Of a stretch of 64,000 nt of DNA, positions 48,053-58,858 are shown in pieces. The notes under the pieces are model-generated. The model searched no databases. It had not been told where the DNA came from and was given only the letters and a program-made list of their open reading frames with translations. The stretch is from positions 107 to 64,106 of the forward strand of contig JBHEQW010000003.1 of assembly GCA_046530935.1 (NCBI GenBank). Direction: 5' to 3'. The DNA is from Arsenophonus sp. (GTDB lineage Bacteria; Pseudomonadota; Gammaproteobacteria; Enterobacterales; Enterobacteriaceae). Within the stretch, counting starts at the first letter, position 1. Each line of letters begins with the position of its first letter. The translations under genes and the position numbers were made by a program.

Positions 48053-48758
48053 AATCTTGGATTCTTTTTTTCAAAAATCTCATCGCTCACATAATACATT
48101 GTTGAACTTTAATGATGAAGGCAGCGCCGTTTGTTCTTTCCTTTTATCTCTTCTTTTTACGTATCTTTTAGTTTTTCTATATTAGATATATAACGCTTTC
48201 CTTTAAAGGATTCCTGGGAAATGTTTTCTTGACTAAAAGAAACCCACTTAGCCTATTTATGTTAGCTGTTGCTGCTGAAGCAAGGAAGAAGCGATGCTAT
48301 CTAAATATTATTTTCAAATCAATGCGTATTTGTTTCGCTGACTTTCATAAAGTTAAGCTATTTAACATACATCGTAGATAAGTAGCCAATTTATCATTAT
48401 GGTGTAGTTTTTCACTATAGGATTTCCACTAAGATTGTTAACTTTTTTCTGCAATCATGAATTTTATGAGTGATATCACTGTAACATTAATAAGTGTATT
48501 CAGCAGACAAAATGTTCACTGTGACAATATAGGTGATCAGGATAAAAGTGAAATGAATTGTTTCAATGTATGAATCGACATCATCCTCCATATTGTCGTA
48601 GAACCAACTAATGAGATGCAGCTTTATGTTGGTAAGAGGAAATGAAGAAAGAGTCTCTTTGATTTGTATGACTATTTGTTTTTTTATTAGAACCTCTATA
48701 GAAAATCCTTCATATTAATATAATGGATTTTCCTACCAACAATCTTTGTCAAGATAGC
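48053..48758 (-). mobile_element. ISAs1-like fragment, copy C7, cut by IS256 copy A7
   Basis: Collinear with C4 from about its position 30560 onward. The terminal repeat ..atctttgtcaagatagc ends at 48758. Confidence 0.55.
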
Positions 48759-49255
48759 CTTTTTATATAAAACTACTACTATGATATTAAGAATATTTGG
48801 TGAAAGAAAAAATCTGGTTTGTTATAGAAAGCTACATAAAAGAAGAATTAGAAGAAAATGAAAATTTTTTTCATAGTAGAAAAAGTTTTTTTATAATATT
48901 TAATTACAAATAATTTGGTTGCGTAAAATGCATTAGTATGAAACAAGCTTATAGATTTATTTACAATGGGTAAATATGTGCCGAGAGAATATATCTATGT
49001 TAATCATTAAGTTATTGCTAACAGTAATAAATGCATGTCTTAAGAAGACATGTGTACTGAATTTTTTGTTACGCGTAATCTTTATTGTGTATTGTTGCCG
49101 TTGATGTTATTTATTATGAATTTTTAGCTTATTTAGAGCTGCTAAATTATCGGATTAGTTATAAATACAGATTATCGCAGATAATTAAAATTAACGCTGA
49201 TGGATGTTTATGCTAGTCTAGTGTTATCGTAATTTACGTTTTTGATGAGGAATAT

Positions 49256-49435
49256 ATGGATCATCATCTACTTAATATCATTGCTTGTCCTGTTTGTCAT
49301 GGCAAATTAGTCTATGATAAAGAAAATTTAGAGCTTATCTGTAAATTTGATCATCTGGCTTATCCTGTGCGTAATAATATACCGGTACTCTTAAAAGAAG
49401 AGGCTCGTAAGTTGCTTTTAGATGAAGAAAAATAA
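49256..49435 (+). CDS. ycaR: Trm112-family zinc-ribbon protein YcaR (UPF0434)
   Basis: 59-aa ORF that is absent from the supplied track (under 60 aa). [53 protein letters not shown] has the CPxC...L.C motif typical of YcaR. Its stop lies one base before the kdsB ATG, and the ycaR-kdsB adjacency is as in E. coli. Confidence 0.85.
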   Translation: MDHHLLNIIACPVCHGKLVYDKENLELICKFDHLAYPVRNNIPVLLKEEARKLLLDEEK

Positions 49436-49436
49436 G

Positions 49437-50186
49437 ATGTTCACAGTCATTATTCCTGCGCGTTTTACTTCTAATCGATTACCTGGCAAGTCGTTAGCTG
49501 ATATTCATGGAAAACCTATGATTATTAGAGTAATGGAAAGAGCTCTAATGTCAGATGCAACTCGTGTTATTGTGGCGACTGATCATCAGGCAGTATTTGA
49601 TGTTGTGAAAGCGGCTAATGGTGAAGTCTGCATGACCAAGCTTTCTCACCAATCAGGTACTGAAAGATTAGCAGAAGTTATTGAAAAATATAAATTTTCT
49701 GATAAAGAAATTATTATCAATGTTCAAGGTGATGAACCTTTAATTCCACCAGAAATAATTAATCAGTTAGCTAACAATCTAATGCTAAATAACGTCGGTA
49801 TGGCAACATTAGCGGCACCAATAAATGATCCACATGAAGTATTTGATCCGGCTATTGTAAAAGTGGTAATAAATAAACAGAGCAACGCCTTATATTTTTC
49901 TAGAGCTGCTATTCCATGGGAACGTGATCGCTTTACAGTTAGTAAAATAGAAATTAGCCAGAATTTTTTGCGTCATATAGGTATTTATGGTTATCGTGCT
50001 GGCTTTATTCGTCGTTATATTCGATGGACTACAAGTTCATTAGAGACGATAGAAATGCTTGAGCAGTTGCGTGTACTGTGGTATGGCGAAAAAATTCATG
50101 TTGCAATAGCAGTTAAAACACCAAGCCATGGTGTCGATAATTACCAGGATCTCGATGCTGTTCGGAAAGCATTTTTTTCTAGTTAA
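49437..50186 (+). CDS. kdsB: 3-deoxy-manno-octulosonate cytidylyltransferase KdsB
   Basis: [34 protein letters not shown]...[50 protein letters not shown] and [17 protein letters not shown] match E. coli KdsB. The alignment favours the ATG at 49437 over the track start at 49422. Confidence 0.95.
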   Translation: MFTVIIPARFTSNRLPGKSLADIHGKPMIIRVMERALMSDATRVIVATDHQAVFDVVKAANGEVCMTKLSHQSGTERLAEVIEKYKFSDKEIIINVQGDEPLIPPEIINQLANNLMLNNVGMATLAAPINDPHEVFDPAIVKVVINKQSNALYFSRAAIPWERDRFTVSKIEISQNFLRHIGIYGYRAGFIRRYIRWTTSSLETIEMLEQLRVLWYGEKIHVAIAVKTPSHGVDNYQDLDAVRKAFFSS

Positions 50187-50279
50187 AATTATATTGATGT
50201 CACAGATTTTTTAAAACTATTTATTCCAGTAAATTATAAAAACCAAGCATTAGCAGTTGTATATTTTTAATTTTTATTT

Positions 50280-51040
50280 ACTGCCATATTGAGCAAATAA
50301 ATTTATACCAAGAGCGTTCTGAATAGAAAAATAAATCGATTGGAAGAATTTTTTTAAAGCTTGTAATGGTAAGTTGATTTGTAGGCTCAGTATATATGAA
50401 TGGCTTTTTTAGAAAAAACGTTCACCGTGTGCCATATGTGATTATCTAAAGTAACTTTTAATAGAAAAAAAGTGGCTGCCTAATAATTTTTTCTTTTTCT
50501 ACTTCAAGGTTAGACGGTTTCTTCTTGGATGCTTTAGCTTTAATTAAAGTAATGATAGGTAGTTCTGAAGCTCTAACGATAGCGCGAGTTTTGCTGCTAT
50601 TTCAGCATTATTTATTAAATTGTTATTACGTTGGTTTTGCCACACCACAAAGTCAGTAAAAATTAATTTGGCTCCTGGATATTGGAAATACAGTATGATT
50701 TCTTCTATAACTCTATCTAGGCTATTATTACTAGGCTATTATTAATAAGGTTAGCGCTCATTGTGACAGCCAATTAGAATTGTAATTAATCCCAGTCCAT
50801 ATACAACGATATATGGGATGTTTTTTATTTTTAAGATGTAAAAGATGTAAAAGTTTATAACATTTGTTAAACATGGCTTTTGTCAACAGTAGTAATTTTT
50901 AGCTAAAGCTTGAAGGCTTAGTAACAGAATAGTTAATCAAGTAGAGGATATTAATATATTAGCTACTTTTTTTAGTAAGTAACCCAAATTAGTAATAATC
51001 CAATAAAGCTAATTAAAATCAGGATAGGTAATGTAATGAT
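50280..51040 (-). pseudogene. elyC: elyC (ycbC, DUF218) pseudogene
   Basis: The minus strand reads ..YPGAKLIFTDFVVWQNQRNNNLINNAEIAAKLALSLELQNYLSLL*LKLKHPRRNRLTLK.. . This parallels E. coli ElyC ..NPGAKLIFTGGVAKTNTVSTAEVGARVAQSLGVPREQIITLDLPKDTEEEA. The neighbourhood with kdsB is conserved (ycbJ is missing). Boundaries are extrapolated. Confidence 0.55.
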
Positions 51041-51200
51041 ATTAAAACGGACTAATATATTTTTTTAATGTAAACAGTATCTTTCAATTATAGATGCCAA
51101 TTTTAATGAGCAAAATATAATTATATTATATAGATTATAATTAATATATTCTTAATATTTAATTTATTTTTAATAAAATGTTATTGTTTTTTATTAAACT

Positions 51201-51449
51201 AGTTTTGCCACGAGTCATTATATAGACACTAGTCCATAGCCATCTTCATGAAAGATGGCATGGTGGATGGCATATAGTTGATGGAAAAATATCCTGATTA
51301 TGAGACTATCTATTATCATGCAACTACAACACTTAAAATCCGAGCTGCTCTTTAGGCCAGCAAAGAGCTTGCGTTTAATTTGGCTAAGCGTTATGGTATA
51401 TCCTAATTTACAGTTGCTGAAGGGTAAACAAAGATGATGTTGATGATTG
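51201..51449 (+). mobile_element. IS481-like 5' fragment, copy B5, interrupted by ISAs1
   Basis: The left end is ..ttttgccacgagtcattatatagac. The N-terminal ..HATTTLKIRAAL*ASKELAFNLAKRYGIS.. is retained. It stops at ..gatgttgatgattg, the same position as in copy B4. Confidence 0.55.
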
Positions 51450-52060
51450 GCTATGTTGCCAAAGGTTGTTGCCTTTCTTGCATTGAAAGTTGTAGTCGCG
51501 TCTCTATTTAAATTGTTGTGGTTTTAAATAATTATCTTCATGGCAGATAATTCGGTAAATAAAACGAACTACACAATGGTATTTATTCAACTGATCATCT
51601 TATAAAAGGATGATAAAATTGTTCATATTTTAAATGTGGAATAATTCCTTAGCAATAACTCTTTGATTATCTAGTCTTATTAGATAAGATGTGATTAATT
51701 TCATGCTTGCTGGCGAAGGTTTTATCCCATTTAGCTATATTTTAGCAAATGATGGACTATTTACTAATGATCGGCTCAAAAAACAGCTAATGCATTCTGC
51801 ATTAAAGTTTTCAAAAATCTCATTTATAGCTCACATGACTCTGGTAATCTCATCTGATTAAGACTGCGATTTATTATTTTCTTTTATCTCCTCATCTCTT
51901 GTGTTTTCTGGTTTTTCCATGTTAGATAGAACACTATCTATATGGTTCATTGGAAATGTTTTGTCGATTTCAACATACAACTTATTAGATTTATCTTATG
52001 TGGGTGCTCTGATGAAACACGGAAGCAGTAACACAATATAAATAATATTTTAAAAGTGAT
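51450..52060 (-). mobile_element. ISAs1-like fragment, copy C8, nested in IS481 B5 and cut by IS256 A8
   Basis: It begins with the terminal repeat gctatgttgccaaaggttg at 51450 and is collinear with C4 up to the IS256 end at 52061. Confidence 0.6.
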
Positions 52061-53453
52061 GAGTTATTAGCAAATCTAGTGTGATTTTGTTAGTTTATTT
52101 TTAATTATTTATACTTTGTAAATCTGTTTTACATCCTCAAATTTGACGTTGTTTACCATAATGGTCAAACAAGTCAACTCCCATTAACCTGTTTACAGAT
52201 TTTTTGAGCAAACGGGAGAGGAGCTTAAAAATAGCAAAGGATTATTTTTCTAGAACTATAGTTCTTCTGGTGCATTCTTAGTCCTTCTTAATTAGACACC
52301 AACTTCTATGACTTTAATTCGTAGAATACCATCAGTTCTTCTTAATTTTTCTACGGGTTCTTCATATCAATCCATGAGATACCTTTCTCTAAAACCTCCC
52401 AAACAAAAATAATAATGGCTTTATATTAGCTGGTATCATAGCTTTCTGTTAGTTAGAGCAGACCTCATTTCCTAACAGCTTTCAGCCTTAACTTTCGTTT
52501 GCATCCACCAGTTTGAAGTTATAGTCAGCATATTATCCATTTTTGTACACAAAAGAGCTGGTTGGTGCTGTATGTCCTAAAATATCCTTGCCAATTGCAT
52601 TTCAAAAGCCAAGAACAATGTTTCTGTAGCAAGACATAGCGATACAGTTAAGCCATGTACTTGCAGGTTTGAGAAATGTGGCTAAGTTTGCTTTCTTGTT
52701 TTTAATAAGCTTTTTTTGAGCACAATTAGCTTCTTACCTCCATGCTGAGTGAGGATGATAATGAGCAGCAGGCAAGGCGATCAGCTTTCCTGATAGGGAA
52801 CAATCTATGCCATCACCTAAAAAATAAACGTAGCGCGTATTGCTTAAATCAATTACATAGGCACCATTGCCTGTATGCCATTAAGGCATTGCTGTTTAAG
52901 TCTGCTGATGCTGCTAGCAAAGAGACGATATCCTTTTCCATTGAGAAACTCCAATGTTCTTCGTGAAAATCTTTCCTGGGATATGCTTAGCAGGTACAGG
53001 CATGGATAGCAACTCTTTGACGTTTTTTGCACGCTTTAAATAAGGCGTTAGCAATGAGTTGTTGTGAAACATATTCCATTGCCACTAAGATCCTTATCCA
53101 TGATCTTAGATGGTTTAATCTCAAGATCACAAATATAAGTTTGTATACTTGTTTGTGGCAAATAACCATATTAATGACAACGGCATGTGCAGGCAGTCAA
53201 CAAGACGGCATTCAGCACGTTGTCGTAACATCCTTTCGAGCTTAGCTTCAGAGGCTGTAGCTATTAAGCTGTCTGAAACCATTACGGATGAATTCATACA
53301 ATGGATCATAGGTAATATCTAGTTTCGTGGAAACATGTATGGTAGGACTTTTCATTTTATATCATCTCTCTATGTTGAAATTATTTATGAAATCAATTAA
53401 CAGGAGATATGACATCATCTTCTAAACCAGATATACAAAAATGATGATAACTT
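52061..53453 (-). mobile_element. IS256-like transposase pseudogene, copy A8
   Basis: The outer end is gagttattagcaaatctagtgtga and the inner end ..aaaatgatgataactt (53453). ORFs 52742..52966, 52987..53169, 53027..53245 and 53127..53309 are fragments or antisense frames of it. Confidence 0.65.
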
Positions 53454-53568
53454 AATTTGTTATGTTGAAATATAAAAATAAATATATTAGCATCAAAAGT
53501 TTATAAACGGTTTGACCGAAAGAGATTTTTTTATTAGGAAAGTGAGAAATAGTATAAGTTTGTTGAAT

Positions 53569-54237
53569 TTAAAGATTACTACGATTAAATTTTTTCTTTA
53601 GTGCTATGGCAATACTGCCTATTAGACCAATAAAAAGCAAAATAATCGGGATTATCATTAAAATACTCATAATTTGATGTTCGTAGTATTGAAAAAGAGG
53701 ACTCTTGCCAAAACTATAACCAATAGTAGATAAAATCCATACCCAAAGTAATCCACTAAGGCAATTAAAAAACTGAAAGCGTCTATTAGGTAATCCTGAT
53801 AGACCGGCTATGATAGGTAGAATTGTCCTGATAAAAGCAAGAAAACGACCAATAAGTAATGCTGCTAAGCCATGGCGATGAAAAAGGCTATAAGCACGTT
53901 GCTGATAATGTTCAGGTAGATGAGAAAGCCAGCTTTTCACGATTTTATTATTTCCCAGCCATTTACCTTGAAGATATCCAACCCAGCAACCTAAACTAGC
54001 ACCAGCAGTTAAGATAATAATTGTCAATGGATAATTGATAGTGCCTTTGGCTATTAAAACTCCTACTAGGATGAGTAGGCTGTCGCCAGGTAAAAAAGCA
54101 GCAGGTAATATTCCATTTTCTAAAAATAATATTGTAAATAATATAATGTAGATAGCCCATATTAATGAAGGATTCATTAGCATATTGTAATCTTGATGCC
54201 AAAGTGCAAAAAAAAGTTCTTTAACTAATTCCATCAA
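53569..54237 (-). CDS. yqjA: DedA-family inner-membrane protein (YqjA/YghB type)
   Basis: 222-aa ORF. LF.ALW.QD...L.NPS.I, FLENG.LPAAFLPGDSLL.LVGVLIAKG, ASLGCWV.Y.QG.WLGN, HYQQRA, FH.HGL.ALLIGRF.AF.RT.LP..AGLSGL.N.RFQFFN..SGLLWV resemble E. coli YqjA slightly more than YghB, from memory. Confidence 0.85.
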   Translation of the reverse strand: MMELVKELFFALWHQDYNMLMNPSLIWAIYIILFTILFLENGILPAAFLPGDSLLILVGVLIAKGTINYPLTIIILTAGASLGCWVGYLQGKWLGNNKIVKSWLSHLPEHYQQRAYSLFHRHGLAALLIGRFLAFIRTILPIIAGLSGLPNRRFQFFNCLSGLLWVWILSTIGYSFGKSPLFQYYEHQIMSILMIIPIILLFIGLIGSIAIALKKKFNRSNL

Positions 54238-54431
54238 GTGTTTCCTAAATACCGTTATCTTTAAACTTAATTAGCAGTTATTAGATATTATGCATTATTA
54301 TAGAGAATGAGATTCTGCTTAAAAAAGTTGTAATATAAGTGCATCCCAGAAGATAGTATGGTTTTTATTTTGAATAAATAAGATGGTTAACTTTGAAGCA
54401 ATCTTTCACAGACTGCAATGAAGTTTTATTA

Positions 54432-55365
54432 TCTAATAGTGATTGTTGTAATTCCTAATTGTACAGCTAAACATATCGATTCATAGTGATCTCAAACTCT
54501 TCACCAGAATTGAAATGATGGCTTTGCAGTCCATCTTATTATTAAGCCAATTAAATAGCTTAACTATATCATTGTTTTAGCATTTATCGCCTAGCCAATT
54601 CAGTGTTTTATAGCAATGTCTATCTGTACATAAACACTCTAAGTTTTGTTTTTTAGTAGCTTAACGCTTTCTAAGACAAAAAAGGAGGTCTGTAAATTCT
54701 TTTTTATTGTCTGTAAGTATTTGATAGATAGTGGATTGAATATACTTAGTTAATATCATTGTAAGAAGCGTTAAGCATTTAGCCGAAGTCTTGGCATTGT
54801 AACGACTGATAAAGTCACATCGAGTTATGTGATCTATATCTACGAAAAGATAACGTTGTGAAGTTTTATTGAGGATTTTTAAAAGATATTTCAACATCTA
54901 CATGCAAAAAAGATATTTCACATCTACCAGCTACCAGCAAATATGATAAGCAGGATTTGGTTTTTAAACGCTTTATGCTTCAACTGAGCTGTGCCTTTCC
55001 CTATCTATATTCTCTATATTCTCTATTTAACTCAAATTCTCCAAGAGGCCACCTGAATAAATAGCGATCTAGGACAAAGATGGAGATATAACGTGGTTCA
55101 GAAATTATCGTATGGAATTTCCAGAGGATTATCAAGAGTAAGAAAAAAGGATTTTTTGCAAGAAAACGACTATGGCTTCTTGAGCTTGCGATAGCTTTGT
55201 TAGAAAACGATGGAGAATATGGCTGTGATCATCAATATAATCTTGTTTTTGCCTTTAGCAATAATAAGAAGTTAGGATATGCCATAAGGCTTAGCCAAAA
55301 GTAGACGCATGGTCTTTTTTGGCAAGAAGAGCGATACTGATTTTTAGGTGTTGTAAGTTGTCTGA
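54432..55365 (-). mobile_element. IS481-like transposase pseudogene, copy B6; its 5' end is cut by IS256 copy A9
   Basis: ORF 54661..54897 reads ..YLFVDIDHITR...ILTDNKKEFTD.. (rve core, YL..AID..SR ... LTDNG.EFT). The N-terminal remnant ..NT*KSVSLFLPKKTMRLLLAKPYGIS.. lies at about 55200-55350. Confidence 0.65.
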
Positions 55366-56230
55366 GAGTTATTAGGAAATCTAGTGTATATCAAGCTGTC
55401 AGGCTAAATGTTTTTCCACACACTTTGTAATGCTTCATGAATCTGTTCTTCATCTTTAAATTAGACTTTGCTTGGCACCTGGTTTATCAGGCTAAAATTC
55501 ATTAGCTGATTCTAAATTTTCTAAGGAAACTGTATTAGCTTAAATAGCATTAAAATAATTTTTTCTCAAATCATGGTTTTTCGCTCGTATTGATATCCTA
55601 ATATCACTGTCGCAAAAACCCATTCAATTGAACTTGTCGTTATTATTGATATCCATGCTCAGACGAAAAGTTATAGAGTGCCAATAGTTCTTTTGGATCA
55701 TCTCTAACTTATTCATTGCCGAATGATAGTTTTTTGGAAAACTCACAAATAAAACATTAAGTATTTATTAGAAGCATTTTGGCTCTTTTTGTTAGCTAGA
55801 ACTCCTGAATCTAAGCCTTAATTTTCGGTTGTATGTCTTTTGGAGTGAAGTTAGCACATTATCTGTTTTGTGTACTTAATAGCGTTGGGGGCTACGTCTA
55901 CAGAAATATCTTTCTCATTGCATTCTAAAAATAAGGACATCATTTCTCTCAGAAAGCTTGGAAGTTACTGTTAAGCTCAGGTGCTTGCAGGCCATTGAGA
56001 AGTTCAGTCAAGTTTGTTCATGATTTTCGATAAGAATCTTGGACCGCAACGAGCTCCTTATATATATAACGCAGTGATATCAATAATGACAATAACAAAC
56101 AAGGATGATCAGATTGGCTAACAGGATTCTATATTATGGATCGGCCAAGAAATAAATGTGTGGGGTATCACTTAAATCACATAGGCATAATTATCTGTGT
56201 TTCTTCAATGAATGTGTGTATCTCACAGTA
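55366..56230 (-). mobile_element. IS256-like pseudogene, copy A9, C-terminal half
   Basis: The outer end is gagttattaggaaatctagtgtat. It is collinear with the other copies up to about 56215-56260, and homology resumes at about 58100. Confidence 0.6.
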
Positions 56231-57700
56231 TGGTAAGAGAGGCGAAGAAGATATATTGGTTCGTAGTTATTCATGATTTAAGTACTGTTTTATACTCGGC
56301 AATATGTTCTTCTTTTTAAGAATTTATACAGACCGTTTGGAATAAATCTCCTGGAAATCGCAAAACTTGTAAAATCAGCAAAACATGCGCGACTTCACAT
56401 GTTACGCCAGTTGTTTATCCGAACGGTTTATGATATTAATCCAGAAATTAATGATAACAGACATCTACTGAATTTTTTATGATATCAAGAAATAAGCCAT
56501 ACACTAATTCATCCAACAACTAGGTTTCAAATTTTTTTCGACACGCAAGTATTGTTCTATCTATTCATAATTATCTAGAGTTTTGAACAATGCGCACCAT
56601 CCCATGATGCTAAGTCAATAATGCTGGATACAACTGCATTGATATGGGTAATAACTGAAATTATGCTTGGCGATGAATTCATCACTTATAAGGAACTAGT
56701 GATAATCTTATTTCACGCTCACTTGAATAAACTAAAGATAAATGGATCGATAGACATGACGAATGCTACGGAGAGGATGACTATTTCTATATTCTCTAGC
56801 AAGATACACCCAAGATGGTAATTTGCTAATATTGTGATATACTATGTTTAACTAAATTGGGTTTCAGCATTTATGACAGCTGTAATAAATTTCTTAAAAA
56901 ACACTCTGAATGTGTTAATTCGTGGATGAGTCTATCTGTCAAGCGAATGCTTCCTTGCATCACTTGTTCAATAGAGTATGTTTTATATATAAGCCGCTAC
57001 TGTTGTTCATCTCCTAAATATTCATGCCACTATCATTCGCGCTGTTTGTATTTCCAGTGTTATGCTAGTAAGCATGTAAACAAGGGATCGAAATTGGTAT
57101 TTTTTCTGCCTTCCACTCTTATGGTCAAGAACTCAATTAGCATTTGCATTCTAATATCTCCGTTACTAGTAGCGATCTGGATATTAAAGATCCTGTATGG
57201 AGGATACATTCTTTAAAAAATAGATGGCAAAGAAATCTACTGAAGCGCTGTCATCCCGATGCTTCGTTACAGCCATGACATGATAAATCCCATTAGTCTT
57301 CTTGATTTTTGGCAATATAATCACCAGGAAGTAGTGTGGCGTTACTTGAAGGATAAATTATGAACTTATGACGGTTCATGGAAAGTGCGCTTCACTAAAA
57401 AGAGGAATAAGTGCAGCATAGTGTGAAATGCCACGATCACCACATTAAACCACCGCCTACCAACTCACCACTACCTCGAACACCACTCAACCCTCTTACC
57501 TCTCAGCCAGACCAGCTATGTTATCGTCAAAAGTGTAGTCTTTGCTAATGTAGAATGCTTCAATATCATTGCAAGTCCACTGGACTAAGGAGTAGCAACA
57601 GAAAATCTGACTAAGGAAGATATAATCTGTAAGATATATTAGCCATATTCCGGCTAGCTATGTTAAAATGGTTTATTGTCGAATCGAAACCTAAGCACAC
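56231..57700 (-). mobile_element. Degraded group II intron-type reverse-transcriptase element inserted in IS256 copy A9
   Basis: The minus strand starts GTGTGCTTAGG at 57700. RT remnants follow in order: ..NEASG*QRFS.. (RT0, G.AG.DG.T), ..AEKIPISIPCL.. (V.IPK..R.LGIPT), ..SSGLY.. (S.GFRP), ..LISDEFIA.. (degenerate YADDF, about 56690) and ..VCINS*KEEH.. (possible HNH LC..CH..IH, about 56300). No intact ORF. About 390 bp (57701-58099) between it and the IS256 N-terminal half is unassigned. Confidence 0.45.
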
Positions 57701-58099
57701 TACCACCTGAAGGTGTATAATGCAATGGAGAATGACGGCTAGCAAAAAATCAGAAAACTAAAATGTGCTGTTATAATAAAAGGATTCCTGCATAAAGATT
57801 AGTAAAAATATATTCTGTGGGCAGATAGGATAGTTTTTATCAACGCTCAACTTACCAAACATGCAATGGAATTCTTGTTGAAAAGAATGCATAAAATAGA
57901 AAAAACTATGATTTTTAAGCCAAACTATATGGTTAATGTATCTAAAATTAGTGTATTAAATCAATTGATATATATTCTGATTAAAGTTTAACTTGCAATA
58001 GAATCCAGTAAACTAGTTTTATCTCATTTTATCAATAAAAGATGACTTTTTGTATTCACTTAAGTAGCGATTTAAGTTGCCAATTATAAAGCTGTTGAT

Positions 58100-58710
58100 G
58101 TTTTAATCTGATTGTGATGCCAATGTAAAGGCTGGCTATGTGCTTTTTCAGGAAAAGCTACCTCCCATGCATGCAGCGAGCTCCACTTTTCCTACAGTGT
58201 TTCGTAAAATCAGCAGAGGATATCTGCCTTGCAGGTACAACTATCTATATATAGATATAGTAACTTTTCGATTTTTTTGCCTTATTAAGATAAGGATGGT
58301 AGCAACGAGAGCTGTTGAAGCATATTCTGTTGCTGCTGCGATCTAGATGATATTAGACAGTTTAATCTCAACATCGCCAATATCAGTCTGTATTGTTCCA
58401 TGTAGCAAAATAACAGTTACGAATAACTGCACGGTTGGACGAAAGATAGAGAAGGCAACGTTTAAAAAAAGATCTTCTTACAGTATGGCTTCAAGCTGTT
58501 CAGCCTCAACGACGTTGTCTATCATCTGACTGGCAGCATTATATATAAGTTCATGAAATGGATCAGAGGTAATATCTGGTTTTTGGATATCTTGTCGGCT
58601 AAACTTCTTATAAAATATCATTTCTTTGTTGTTAAAATCATTCATATAATCAATAAGCAGCATACACAACTACTTCTTAAACTTCCATATACTAGAAATA
58701 AGTATGATTT
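58100..58710 (-). mobile_element. IS256-like pseudogene, copy A9, N-terminal half
   Basis: Collinear with the N-terminal halves of the other copies (..ctttttcaggaaaagc.. through ..tagaaataagtatgat at 58710). ORFs 58140..58771 are fragments or antisense frames. Confidence 0.6.
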
Positions 58711-58858
58711 ATTGTGTTGTAAGCAAACTTTGCTAGTAGGAAATGCAATGTTTTCTTCCAATTTAAATTAGTGGAATAGAACCCAATGAAGAGTAAAATG
58801 GATTATAATAGTCGAGCATTCTGTGGAAATTGGCTGTTTTTTATTTCTAGGAGCTAAA

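Noticed and set aside
58711-58858. yybP-ykoY (Mn2+/pH-responsive) leader expected upstream of alx, as in E. coli
   Set aside because: I could not find the conserved GGGGAGUAG / UUGACAU / AGCAAGACC-type elements in the right order. The IS256 end at 58710 leaves only 148 bp, so the ancestral leader is probably truncated. A covariance-model search (RF00080) would be decisive.
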